64,000 nucleotides of DNA from an uncultured delta proteobacterium (lineage in GTDB: Bacteria > Myxococcota_A > UBA9160 > SMWR01). Below are positions 8,961-17,559 of the stretch, in pieces. A program made the translations under genes and the position numbers. Where the stretch lies: positions 608,001 to 672,000 of the forward strand of contig CAWHTE010000011.1 in assembly GCA_963832165.1 (NCBI GenBank). The letters run 5' to 3'. Position 1 is the first letter of the stretch, and each line of letters opens with the position of its first letter. The notes below the pieces were generated by a model. The model was not told the DNA's origin. It did not search any database and worked only from the letters and a program-made list of their open reading frames with translations.

Positions 8961-10178
8961 ATGCACCGCGTGATGGACGGAGTCCGGGTTCTCGAGGTGG
9001 CCGAGTACACCTTCGTGCCCTCGGCGGGCGCCGTGCTGGCCGACTGGGGCGCCGACGTGATCAAGGTGGAGCACCCGACGCGCGGCGACGCGCAGCGCGG
9101 ACTGCTCACGGTGGGCGGCGCGAGCAACACCGGGCAGATCAACTTCCTCATGGAGCACGCCAACCGCGGCAAGCGCAGCATCGGGATCGACATCAAGTCG
9201 CCCGACGGGCGCGCGCTGCTCTACGAGCTCGTGAAGAGCTCCGACGTGTTCCTGACCAACTTCCTGCCCGCAGCGCGCCAGAAGCTCGAGATCGACGTGG
9301 AGCACGTGCGCGCGGTGAATCCGAGCATCATCTACGCGCGCGGAAGTGCCTACGGCGTGCGCGGCCCCGAAGCCGAGAAGGGCGGCTACGACTCGACCGG
9401 GTTCTGGGCGCGAGCCGGCAGCGCGATGGGCTGCAAGGCGCCCAGTCACAGCGAGCCGCCCGCGCCGCCCGGTCCCGCGTACGGCGATTCGATCGGCGGC
9501 ATGACGATCGCGGGCGGGATCGCCGCGGCGCTGTTCGCGCGCGAGCGCACGGGCGAGCCGTCAGTGGTCGACATCTCTCTCTTGTCTACCGGCGTGTGGG
9601 CGATGGGCTGCGGGCTCACGGGCGCGATGCTCGCGATGAGCGGGAAGTTCACGCCGCCGATGGGCGGCGCGCTGTTCATGAACCCGCTCGTCGGCACGTA
9701 TCCGGCGAAGGACGGCTTCATCATGCTCACGATGCTCCAGGGCCACGTGTACTGGGCGGATCTGTGTGCGCACATCGATCGCGCGGACCTCGTGACCGAT
9801 CCCCGCTTCGCGACGGCCGAAGCATTCAGCGCCCACGCGGAGGCGGTGAAGGAGGAGCTGCGCGCCGCGTTCGCGCAGAAGACGGTGGCCGAGTGGCGCA
9901 CGAGCCTGGCCACGCTCTCGGGGCAGTGGGCGCCGCACCAGAACCTTCTGATGCTCTCGTCCGATCCACAGGTGCTCGCGAACGGCCTCACCGTCGACGT
10001 CGATGCCGGCGACGGCAGCACGTTCAAGCTCGTCGCGAATCCGGTGCAGTTCGACGAGACGCCGCCGCAGCTCAGCAAGGGCCCCGAGGCCGGGCAGCAC
10101 ACCGAGGAGATCCTGCTCGAGCGCGGGATCGCGTGGGAGCGGATCGCCGAGCTCAAGAAGTCGGGCGCGATCAACTAG
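8961..10178 (+). CDS. CaiB/BaiF family (class III) CoA-transferase
   Basis: GAVLADWGADVIKVEHP, NRGKRS, PEAGQHTEEIL. Confidence 0.9.
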   Translation: MHRVMDGVRVLEVAEYTFVPSAGAVLADWGADVIKVEHPTRGDAQRGLLTVGGASNTGQINFLMEHANRGKRSIGIDIKSPDGRALLYELVKSSDVFLTNFLPAARQKLEIDVEHVRAVNPSIIYARGSAYGVRGPEAEKGGYDSTGFWARAGSAMGCKAPSHSEPPAPPGPAYGDSIGGMTIAGGIAAALFARERTGEPSVVDISLLSTGVWAMGCGLTGAMLAMSGKFTPPMGGALFMNPLVGTYPAKDGFIMLTMLQGHVYWADLCAHIDRADLVTDPRFATAEAFSAHAEAVKEELRAAFAQKTVAEWRTSLATLSGQWAPHQNLLMLSSDPQVLANGLTVDVDAGDGSTFKLVANPVQFDETPPQLSKGPEAGQHTEEILLERGIAWERIAELKKSGAIN

Positions 10179-10264
10179 TAGGGCGGGAGAGCGAAGCGAT
10201 CCCGCCATTGAAGCGTTCGCGAGCATGGTCCGGCGGGATCCGCCTTCGGCTTCTCCCGCCCTAC
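10178..10264. repeat. Inverted GTAG-type REP doublet (REPIN-like) between convergent genes
   Basis: GTAGGGCGGGAGAGCGAAGCGATCCCGCC at 10178-10206; inverted GTAGGGCGGGAGAAGCCGAAGGCGGATCCCGCC at 10264-10232. Confidence 0.8.
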
Positions 10265-11535
10265 GGAAACACGCCGCGGCGGCGCTTGGCTTCCTTCACG
10301 CGGTCGATCCCGCGGATCAGCGCCGCCGTGCGCAGATTGCTCTTCTGAGTCTCGGCGAGTGCGAGCACGTCGCGAAATGCGCGCTGCATCAGGTTGATCA
10401 GCCGCGAGTTGACCTCGTCCTCGGTCCAGAAGAACTGCTGGAGGCCCTGCACCCACTCGAAGTAGGACACCGTCACGCCGCCCGCGTTGGCGAGGATGTC
10501 GGGCACGACGAAGATGCCGCGCTCGTCGAGGATCGCGTCGGCCTCGAGCGAAGTCGGGCCGTTCGCGCCCTCCGCGAGCACGCGGCACGCGATGCGACCC
10601 GCGTTGCGCTCGGTGATCTGGTTCTGAATCGCCGCAGGGATCAGGACCTCGCACGGCAGCTCGAGCATCTCCGCATTGCTGACGGCGTCCGCGCCCGGGA
10701 AGTCCGTGAGGTAGCGGTGCTCGCGCACCCACGCGTCGACCTTGCCGAGGTCGAGCCCGTTCGTGTCGAGCACGCCGCCCTTCGCGTCGGACACCGCGAT
10801 CACGCGCGCGCCGAGGTCCTTCGCGATGCGCGCCGCCGCGGCGCCCACGTTGCCGTAGCCCTGCACGACCACGCGCGCGCCCTCGAGCGGCAGCGAGAGG
10901 TGCCGGCACGCCTCGACCACGCACGCGACCACACCGCGGCCGGTCGCCTCGAGCCGCCCGAGCGAGCCGCCGATCTCGATCGGCTTGCCCGTGACGACGC
11001 CCGGGACCGTGTGGCCGATCTGCTGGGAGTAGGTGTCCATGATCCACGACATCACCTGCTCGTCGGTGCCGAGGTCGGGTGCGGGGATGTCGCGGTCGGG
11101 ACCGATCACCTCGATGATCTCCGAGGTGTAGCGGCGCGTGATGCGCTGGAGCTCCGATTTCGAGAGCGTGCTCGGGTCGATGCACACACCGCCCTTCGCG
11201 CCGCCGAACGGCAGGTTCATGAGCGAGCACTTCCAGGTCATCCAGATCGCGAGCGCGGTGACCTCGCCCAGATTCACGTCGGGCGCATAGCGGATGCCGC
11301 CCTTGGTCGGCCCCATCGTGAGCAGGTGCTGCACGCGGTAGCCGATCAGCGTGTCGACGGTCTTGTAGTCGTCGCGCCGGAACGGGAACGACACGATCTG
11401 AGACCGCTGGGGATGACGCAGCCGCTCCCAGACGTTCTCGTCGAGTCCCATGCGCAGCGCCGCCGCGTCGAGCTGCGCGACGGCGAGGCGATACATCGCA
11501 GAATCCCACTCGTACGTGGGCGTGGCGCCGTCCAT
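10261..11535 (-). CDS. gdhA: Glu/Leu/Phe/Val dehydrogenase (glutamate dehydrogenase)
   Basis: GPTKGGIRY, PFGGAKGG, DIPAPD, EATGRG, QGYGNVG, NAGGVTVSYFEW. Confidence 0.9.
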   Translation of the reverse strand: MDGATPTYEWDSAMYRLAVAQLDAAALRMGLDENVWERLRHPQRSQIVSFPFRRDDYKTVDTLIGYRVQHLLTMGPTKGGIRYAPDVNLGEVTALAIWMTWKCSLMNLPFGGAKGGVCIDPSTLSKSELQRITRRYTSEIIEVIGPDRDIPAPDLGTDEQVMSWIMDTYSQQIGHTVPGVVTGKPIEIGGSLGRLEATGRGVVACVVEACRHLSLPLEGARVVVQGYGNVGAAAARIAKDLGARVIAVSDAKGGVLDTNGLDLGKVDAWVREHRYLTDFPGADAVSNAEMLELPCEVLIPAAIQNQITERNAGRIACRVLAEGANGPTSLEADAILDERGIFVVPDILANAGGVTVSYFEWVQGLQQFFWTEDEVNSRLINLMQRAFRDVLALAETQKSNLRTAALIRGIDRVKEAKRRRGVFP

Positions 11536-11559
11536 GTCCCTCTCTTCGGTGGATTCCCG

Positions 11560-12465
11560 CTAGCGCAGTAGCTCTGGCGCGAGCGCTTCCACGAGCTCGC
11601 GCAGGCCCTGCTTCCAGGGCACCTCGGCCGGGCCGACCAGCTCGCGCATGCGCGCGTCGTCCGTCATGACGCTCTGCAGCGTGCGCTCGGTGCGCTCGAA
11701 CTTCGGCTCGAGGCCCGTCAGCTCGCCCAGGTAGGTGCACCATTCCTCGATGCTCACGTGCTCGCGCCCACACCAGTTCACGATCAGCGCGGGCACGCGC
11801 GCCGCGGCGACGAGCCCCGGCAGCGTGCGCACGATGTCGCGCTCGTGGAACAACGTGTACTGGCTCGGACCATCGCTGTGCACGGGGATCGGCACGCCGT
11901 TCTTCATCATGAGCAGGTGGTAGTAGGGCCAGCCACCCGTCGAGCCGTAGGGCGTGTTCAGGCGCGCGATCACGGTCGGCACATCGAACTGGCGAGCCGC
12001 GGTTCGCACGACCGCCTCCGCGGCGATCTTCGCGATGCTGTACGTGGGCATCATCACGCGGTGGTTGTCGCCGAGCGGGCTGTCCTCGGTGAATACGTTG
12101 TGCCCGTCGGGCTGGTAGACCCCCGTCGTCGAGCAGTGGAAGAACGCCTTGCGCGGCCGTGTGTGGCCGAGCAGCAGCCCCGCCGCCTCGGCGTTCGCGC
12201 GCAGATCGCGGTCGAAGTCGGGCTTCGGCGCGCGGCTCACGGCGAAGTGGAGCACGACGTCGAAGTCGGTCGGCAGCGCGGAGAAATCGCCGGCCTCGAG
12301 GTCGATCGTCTCGCACCGCACGCCGCCGGCCTCGAGCTGCTCGCGCAGCGCGGGGTTCGTGAAGCGCGCGATTCCCCACACCTCGTTGCGCGGGGCGAGG
12401 TCGAGCGCGATCGGACGCGCGACCTGCCCGGTCAGTCCTGTGATCAGGATCTTGCAGTTCTGCAT
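11560..12465 (-). CDS. NAD-dependent epimerase/dehydratase family protein
   Basis: ILITGLTGQVA, STTGVY, YSIAK. Confidence 0.85.
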   Translation of the reverse strand: MQNCKILITGLTGQVARPIALDLAPRNEVWGIARFTNPALREQLEAGGVRCETIDLEAGDFSALPTDFDVVLHFAVSRAPKPDFDRDLRANAEAAGLLLGHTRPRKAFFHCSTTGVYQPDGHNVFTEDSPLGDNHRVMMPTYSIAKIAAEAVVRTAARQFDVPTVIARLNTPYGSTGGWPYYHLLMMKNGVPIPVHSDGPSQYTLFHERDIVRTLPGLVAAARVPALIVNWCGREHVSIEEWCTYLGELTGLEPKFERTERTLQSVMTDDARMRELVGPAEVPWKQGLRELVEALAPELLR

Positions 12466-12478
12466 CGGGGGAGTCTCC

Positions 12479-13718
12479 TCAGGCGGATGCCGCGATACTG
12501 GGGGGCGCAGCGGCGCGGCGATCGGCGCAGCGCACGGCGACGCCGCCGACCCGCGCAATGCGCAGGTCGCCGAGCGGCGTTCCGACGCCGCTGTTCACGG
12601 TCAGCGCCACGGAGAGCTGCCGCGCGGGGTCTGCGAACGCGCCCGAGCCGCCGAACCCGTAATGCCCGAAACCGCGGGGCGCGCGCGCGCCGAGCGCGAA
12701 CGAACGGTGGTAACCGAGCCGCCAGCGCATCGAGAGCGGAATCACGCGGCCGACGCCGTTGTTCTGCTGGGTGGTCGCAAGGCGCACCGTCTCTGCGGAG
12801 AGCAGACGCACGCCGTCGAGCTCGCCGCCCGCGGCCAGACACGCGTACAGGCGCGCGAGCGAGCGCGCGGTGAAGAACCCGTTCATCGCCGGGATCGACG
12901 CGGAGCGGAACACCTCGGTGTCGAAATCGACCTCTTCCATGCCGGGCGGTGCGAGCGCCGCGAGCGCTTCGGTGGGGTCGAAGCGGACGCCGACTGCGGA
13001 GAGCCGGCGCCGCCAGCGCTGCGCGCGCACGAACATGCGCTCGCGTGTTGGCGCGGCGCTGCTCGGCGGAGGTGCTGAAGGCGCCGCCGAACAGCTGCGC
13101 GCAGCGGTGCTGCTGGTCCGCGGGCACACCGCAGTACAGACCGTCGAGTCCGAGCGGCGTCGCGAGCTCGGTGGCGAACAGCTCGCTGCACGGCTTCTGC
13201 CCCGCAACGCGCCGGACGATCTCGCCCACGAGCCAGCCGTAGGTGATGGCGTGGTAGCCGTGCGCGGCACCGGGCTCATGGCGCGGCTTGGCCGCGGCGA
13301 GGCGGCGGACCATCTGCTCCCAGTCGACGATTTCGCTCGCATGCTCGACGACGTCCGCGATCGCGTACAGGCCGGCCTCGTGACACAACACGTGGCGCAC
13401 CTTGATCGCTTCCTTGCCGTTCTGCGCGAACTCGGGCCAGTAGTCGGCCACGCGCGCCTCGTAGTCGAGCAGGCCGCGATCGGCGTAGATGTGGAGCAGC
13501 GTCGACGCGACTCCCTTCGTGGTCGAGAACGAGATCGAGAGCGTGTCCTCTTCCCACGGGCTTCCCGCGGAGTCGCGCGTCCCGCCCCAGATGTCGACCA
13601 CCTTCTCGCCGCGGTGATACACGCACACCGCGCCGCCGCCGGGCCCGCGCCGCGGGATGATCCGCGCGAGTGAGACGCCGACGGCCGCGAAGTCCGGATG
13701 CAGGGAGCCGTGGAGCAT
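12479..13718 (-). pseudogene. Serine hydrolase (EstA/beta-lactamase family) with a +1 frameshift near 13043 (possibly an assembly error)
   Basis: SxxK (FSTTKG), HGYHAITYG; C-terminus (SIPAMNG, FGHYGFGGS) lies in another frame ending at 12479. Confidence 0.82.
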
Positions 13719-13722
13719 GCGA

Positions 13723-15213
13723 CTAGTCGTCCTTGCCCTTCGCGGGCAGCTGCTCCGCCGCCTTCACGAGCTCTTCGAGCGACTCCGCGAACAGATCCTT
13801 GAAGCACCAGACGTCCGGGACGAGCTCGCGGCACGCGATGATCCCGAAGTCGAGGTGGTCGCGGTAGCTCGTCACGGTGATGTTGAGCCCCTGACCGTCC
13901 GCGATCGCAGAGACCGGGTAGTAGGTCTGCATCAGTGCACCGCCGCAGTACAGCGGCTCGCGCGGACCGGGCACGTTCGAGATGATCACGTTGAACGGCG
14001 GGCTCAGCCGGTTCATCACCTTCGTGCGCGCCGCGATGCGCGCCGCCTGCGCGAGCAGCGCGGGTGTAGCTACTTCCGTCCAATCAGTCAGCAACGCCGC
14101 GGGCGTGGCCTGCTGCATGCGCTTGGCGGACTTCATCGCGTTGTGGATCCGGCGCAGCCGCGTCACCGGGTCGGCGATCTCGGTGGCGAGCTCCGAGATC
14201 ACCTGTGTCACGCGATTGGTGAACTCCTGCTTCTGGCTCTCGGAGCGAACCGACACGGGCACCATCGCCTTGAGCGGCTCGTTGGGCAGCGCGTTCTTGC
14301 TCTCGAGGTAGCGGCGCAGCGCGGAGCCGGACACCGCCATCACCACGTCGTTCAGCGTGGTGCCGAACGCATCCTTCACGTGCTTGAAGTCGGCCAGCGG
14401 CAGCGAGAAGAACGCGAAGCGCCGGTGCGGCGTGATCGCGCGGTTGAACGGCGTGCGCGGCGCGGGCGTCTGCGGAATCGGATCGGCGTCCACCTGCGGC
14501 GCCTGCCGCTCGAGCCAGCTTCCCACGACCGGGAGCTTGTCGAGCCCGAGCGTGTTGGCCACGGCGCCGAGCGCCTCGTTGCTCTGCCACAGGCTGCGGG
14601 CGGTGCGAAACACGGTACCCGCGATCTTCGCGGGCGAGAGCGCGAGCCCCGCCACGCCGCGCGCAAACATCTCCATCGAGCGCGGCACTGCCTCCGGTCG
14701 CCAGGTCTCGACCGCTCCCTGCGCGGGCTCGGCGTCGGGCGCCCGATCGAGCAGCACGCGCATCATCTCGGTGCCGGAGGCGCCGTCGATCGTGCAGTGG
14801 TGGATCTTCGTGTACAGCGCGACCCGCCCGTTCGCGAGGCCTTCGATCACGTACGTCTCCCAGAGCGGGCGCCCGCGATCGAGCGCGCGCGCGTGGATGC
14901 GCGCGATCAGCTCGGAGAGCTGTTGATCGTCGCCCGGAGGCGGCACTGCGATGTGTCGCAGATGGAAGTCGAGGTCGAAGTTCGGGTCTTCGATCCAGTA
15001 GGGCCGATCGAGATCGAACGGCACTTCGACGAGCCGGCGCCGATACGGGGGCAGGAGCGGCAGGCGTTTCTCGAGCGTCTCCTCGAGCGCGTCGCGAAAC
15101 GAGCGCTCGCCGAGTCCGGTGGCGTCGAACATGACCAGCGACGCGACGTGGCCGAGCTGGCCTCCGGCCTCCATGAGCAGGAACGCGTTGTCGAGACCGG
15201 AGAGCTGCTGCAT
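13723..15213 (-). CDS. Wax ester synthase/diacylglycerol acyltransferase (WS/DGAT)
   Basis: LSGLDNAFL, LDRGRPLWE, HHCTIDG catalytic motif, NVIISNVPGP. Confidence 0.93.
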   Translation of the reverse strand: MQQLSGLDNAFLLMEAGGQLGHVASLVMFDATGLGERSFRDALEETLEKRLPLLPPYRRRLVEVPFDLDRPYWIEDPNFDLDFHLRHIAVPPPGDDQQLSELIARIHARALDRGRPLWETYVIEGLANGRVALYTKIHHCTIDGASGTEMMRVLLDRAPDAEPAQGAVETWRPEAVPRSMEMFARGVAGLALSPAKIAGTVFRTARSLWQSNEALGAVANTLGLDKLPVVGSWLERQAPQVDADPIPQTPAPRTPFNRAITPHRRFAFFSLPLADFKHVKDAFGTTLNDVVMAVSGSALRRYLESKNALPNEPLKAMVPVSVRSESQKQEFTNRVTQVISELATEIADPVTRLRRIHNAMKSAKRMQQATPAALLTDWTEVATPALLAQAARIAARTKVMNRLSPPFNVIISNVPGPREPLYCGGALMQTYYPVSAIADGQGLNITVTSYRDHLDFGIIACRELVPDVWCFKDLFAESLEELVKAAEQLPAKGKDD

Positions 15214-15332
15214 CGGGGACTCCTCCTGGGGCGCCGCCCCCCCGCGCGCGCCCGAGAACGATAGCCTCCGCGCGACCCGCTGCCCGATCCGTGGTACCTC
15301 TCTCTTCCGACCGCACAGAAGGAGTCCAGCTC

Positions 15333-15665
15333 ATGGCGGCACGAAAGAAGATGAGCGCGTCGAAGAGGATCCGGAACGCGCAGAAGCGCGCGCGCGACGC
15401 AGTCGAGGTAGGGCTCGCCGATCTCGAACGCCGCCTCCCGCGCAACCTGCGCAGCGCGGTGCGCGAGATGCGAGCGAACCTGCGCGCGTTCCAGCAACAG
15501 CTCGAGCGCACGCGCAAGGATCGCGAGGATCGCTGGCGCCGGATGCAGACCCAGATGCGCCGCGACATGGTGCGCCTGCTGCAGCGGCTCGAGAAGGCGC
15601 TCGCACCCAACGCTCCGGCGTCGCGCGCGCGCGCGTCGTCATCGCCGCGGCGCAAGAAGCGCTAG
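15333..15665 (+). CDS. Small basic helical protein (possibly phasin-like/lipid-body associated)
   Basis: AAGGAG RBS, ATG 15333, helical Arg-rich sequence; divergent from WS/DGAT. Confidence 0.55.
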   Translation: MAARKKMSASKRIRNAQKRARDAVEVGLADLERRLPRNLRSAVREMRANLRAFQQQLERTRKDREDRWRRMQTQMRRDMVRLLQRLEKALAPNAPASRARASSSPRRKKR

Positions 15666-15723
15666 GAGCGCGGCCCAATATTCGACCATCGAGTCTTGGC
15701 GGAACGGGAGGCCACCTGTTCGA

Positions 15724-15770
15724 CTTCGCTCGCCTTCGGCTCGCTGCGCGCGCCGCTTCGCGGCGCTTGC
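15724..15770 (-). repeat. Dispersed inverted copy of the 5913 repeat
   Basis: 15724-15750 is the exact reverse complement of 5921-5947 (CGCGCAGCGAGCCGAAGGCGAGCGAAG), preceded by GCAAG plus a CGCCGC-GAA-GCGGCG hairpin. Confidence 0.85.
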
Positions 15771-15791
15771 GGGCTGAGCCCAGCTAGCGCA

Positions 15792-16415
15792 GTGCGCTCG
15801 GACGCGATCGATCAGTGGCTCTCGAGCTATCTCGAGATGCCCGTGAAGCTCTCGTTCGAGAGCAGCGTCGGCGATGCACTGCGCGGCAGCGTCGAGGGCG
15901 TCAGCCTGGAGGTCGCGGGCGTTGCGACCGCGTGGCTTCCGCTCGAGCGCATCGCGATGGGCGCCCAGCGCGCGACACTCACGCCGGGCCTGCCCGCCAC
16001 GCTCTCGGTCGAGAAGCCCGTCGTCTCGATCACGGTGGGGCAGCGCGATCTCGACCGCTGGCAGGGTGGGTCCCAGCTCCCGTTCCGGCTCCAGCTCGGC
16101 GAGAAGGGCCTCGTCGTGAACACGGGCGTCGCGGGTGTCGTGATCACGGAGTTCGAGGCGCAGCTCGAAGTCGTGAACGGCTGGTTCGTGCTGCGTCCGC
16201 GGCGCGCGGCGATCCTGGGCATTCCGAGTCAGCTCGCGACCTGGCTGCGCGCCTATCTCCCGCTGCCGCCGATCTCGCCCGGGGCGCGCCTTTCCGGCAT
16301 CGATCACGCCGCGGGCCGTCTCACGCTGCACTTCGCCGTCGCCGATTTCGAAGAGCGGGTCACGCCGGGCATGCTCCAGCGGCTGCGCAAGCGGCTGCTG
16401 CCGTGGGTCGACTAG
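15792..16415 (+). CDS. Hypothetical protein (beta-rich, possibly LmeA/DUF2993-like)
   Basis: Protein-like composition from GTG 15792; start uncertain. Confidence 0.55.
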   Translation: MRSDAIDQWLSSYLEMPVKLSFESSVGDALRGSVEGVSLEVAGVATAWLPLERIAMGAQRATLTPGLPATLSVEKPVVSITVGQRDLDRWQGGSQLPFRLQLGEKGLVVNTGVAGVVITEFEAQLEVVNGWFVLRPRRAAILGIPSQLATWLRAYLPLPPISPGARLSGIDHAAGRLTLHFAVADFEERVTPGMLQRLRKRLLPWVD

Positions 16416-17017
16416 CGGATCTCGCCCGATCGCCCGCGCGTGAGCAGCACGCGTACGTCCGCGGGTAGATCCACCGCCGACTCGTCGCGCAGCCGCCAGA
16501 GACGGTTGCGCCCCGTCTGGAGCAGCGCACCCGGGATCAGCACGACCACGAACGCGTTCCCGTCGATCTGGGCCACCCCGTGCGCGCGGCCTGTCGCGGT
16601 GTGATCGGCCCCCATCGCGCAGGCGGCCACCGGATCGGGCCCGCAGCGAACGGCGACGCCTGGAAGCCACGCGCGTCCGAACCCGGCGCTGAACGTCGCT
16701 CGACCCGGCATGCGGTCCGCATACGCGTGCAGTCCGATCTCGACGTCGAGACGCGCGGACGCCGGTGCGGACTTGACCCAGTAGAGCGATGTCGGCGTGT
16801 GCAGGAACGCGATGCCGGCCACGGGCTCCGTGCAGTCGGCGATCCCGCTCCAGCGCAGGTCCACGACCTCGACGAATGGACCCGTGCCGGTGCCCGCCTG
16901 CGCAGCGTCCTGGTAGGTGCGGCGCGTCGACCTCGACCAGCTCCCGCGGATCTCGATCGGCTCCGCGGGAACGACCGCGCCGAGGGACTCCGCGACGCTC
17001 TCGATCAGCGGGTGCAT
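16412..17017 (-). CDS. Hypothetical protein
   Basis: 201-aa ORF with ATG start, packed behind the upstream ORF. Confidence 0.5.
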   Translation of the reverse strand: MHPLIESVAESLGAVVPAEPIEIRGSWSRSTRRTYQDAAQAGTGTGPFVEVVDLRWSGIADCTEPVAGIAFLHTPTSLYWVKSAPASARLDVEIGLHAYADRMPGRATFSAGFGRAWLPGVAVRCGPDPVAACAMGADHTATGRAHGVAQIDGNAFVVVLIPGALLQTGRNRLWRLRDESAVDLPADVRVLLTRGRSGEIR

Positions 17018-17030
17018 GACGCGGGCCGAG

Positions 17031-17462
17031 CTAGTGACACCGCACGACGCGATGGCCGCACGTGCGACCGGGCTTGTCGGTGCGGTGCCAGCAGTAGGCG
17101 GTGTCGGAGAGCAGGTGGAGCTCCCAGACCACGGTTCTGCCGTCGCGCTGGCGGCGCGTCTCGCCCTCGAGCTCGAGCGTGACCGAATCGGCGGTCGACT
17201 TCAGCACGCGATAGCGCCCCTCGCGCCGCTTGGTGCCGTCGAATGCGGCGACCGGCGCCTCGTGCCGCAGCGTCATGAACTGCCGATCCGCGGAGAACAC
17301 GAGGGTGTGCGGATTCACCGCGCAGCTGCGCGAGTGGTCCCCGGTCCAGCCCCATCTTCCCGCGATCGCGGCGAACACGTCTCGCCGGGGCGGTCCCGCA
17401 CATGCGGCGATCGAGAAGAGCAGGGCGAATCGCAGGGCGCTCGAAGCGTCGAGACGTCGCAC
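17031..17462 (-). CDS. Hypothetical exported/lipoprotein
   Basis: Signal-like N-terminus with IAAC lipobox candidate; Cys/Trp-containing beta domain. Confidence 0.55.
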   Translation of the reverse strand: MRRLDASSALRFALLFSIAACAGPPRRDVFAAIAGRWGWTGDHSRSCAVNPHTLVFSADRQFMTLRHEAPVAAFDGTKRREGRYRVLKSTADSVTLELEGETRRQRDGRTVVWELHLLSDTAYCWHRTDKPGRTCGHRVVRCH

Positions 17463-17559
17463 GACCTGGATTCAAGTCCATTCTGTTAGTTCGTCAAGTC
17501 GCGGGGCCGGGAGAAATATTCCACGACCGCCGCGGGGCGATTTCGAGTAGAGTGCTCGA

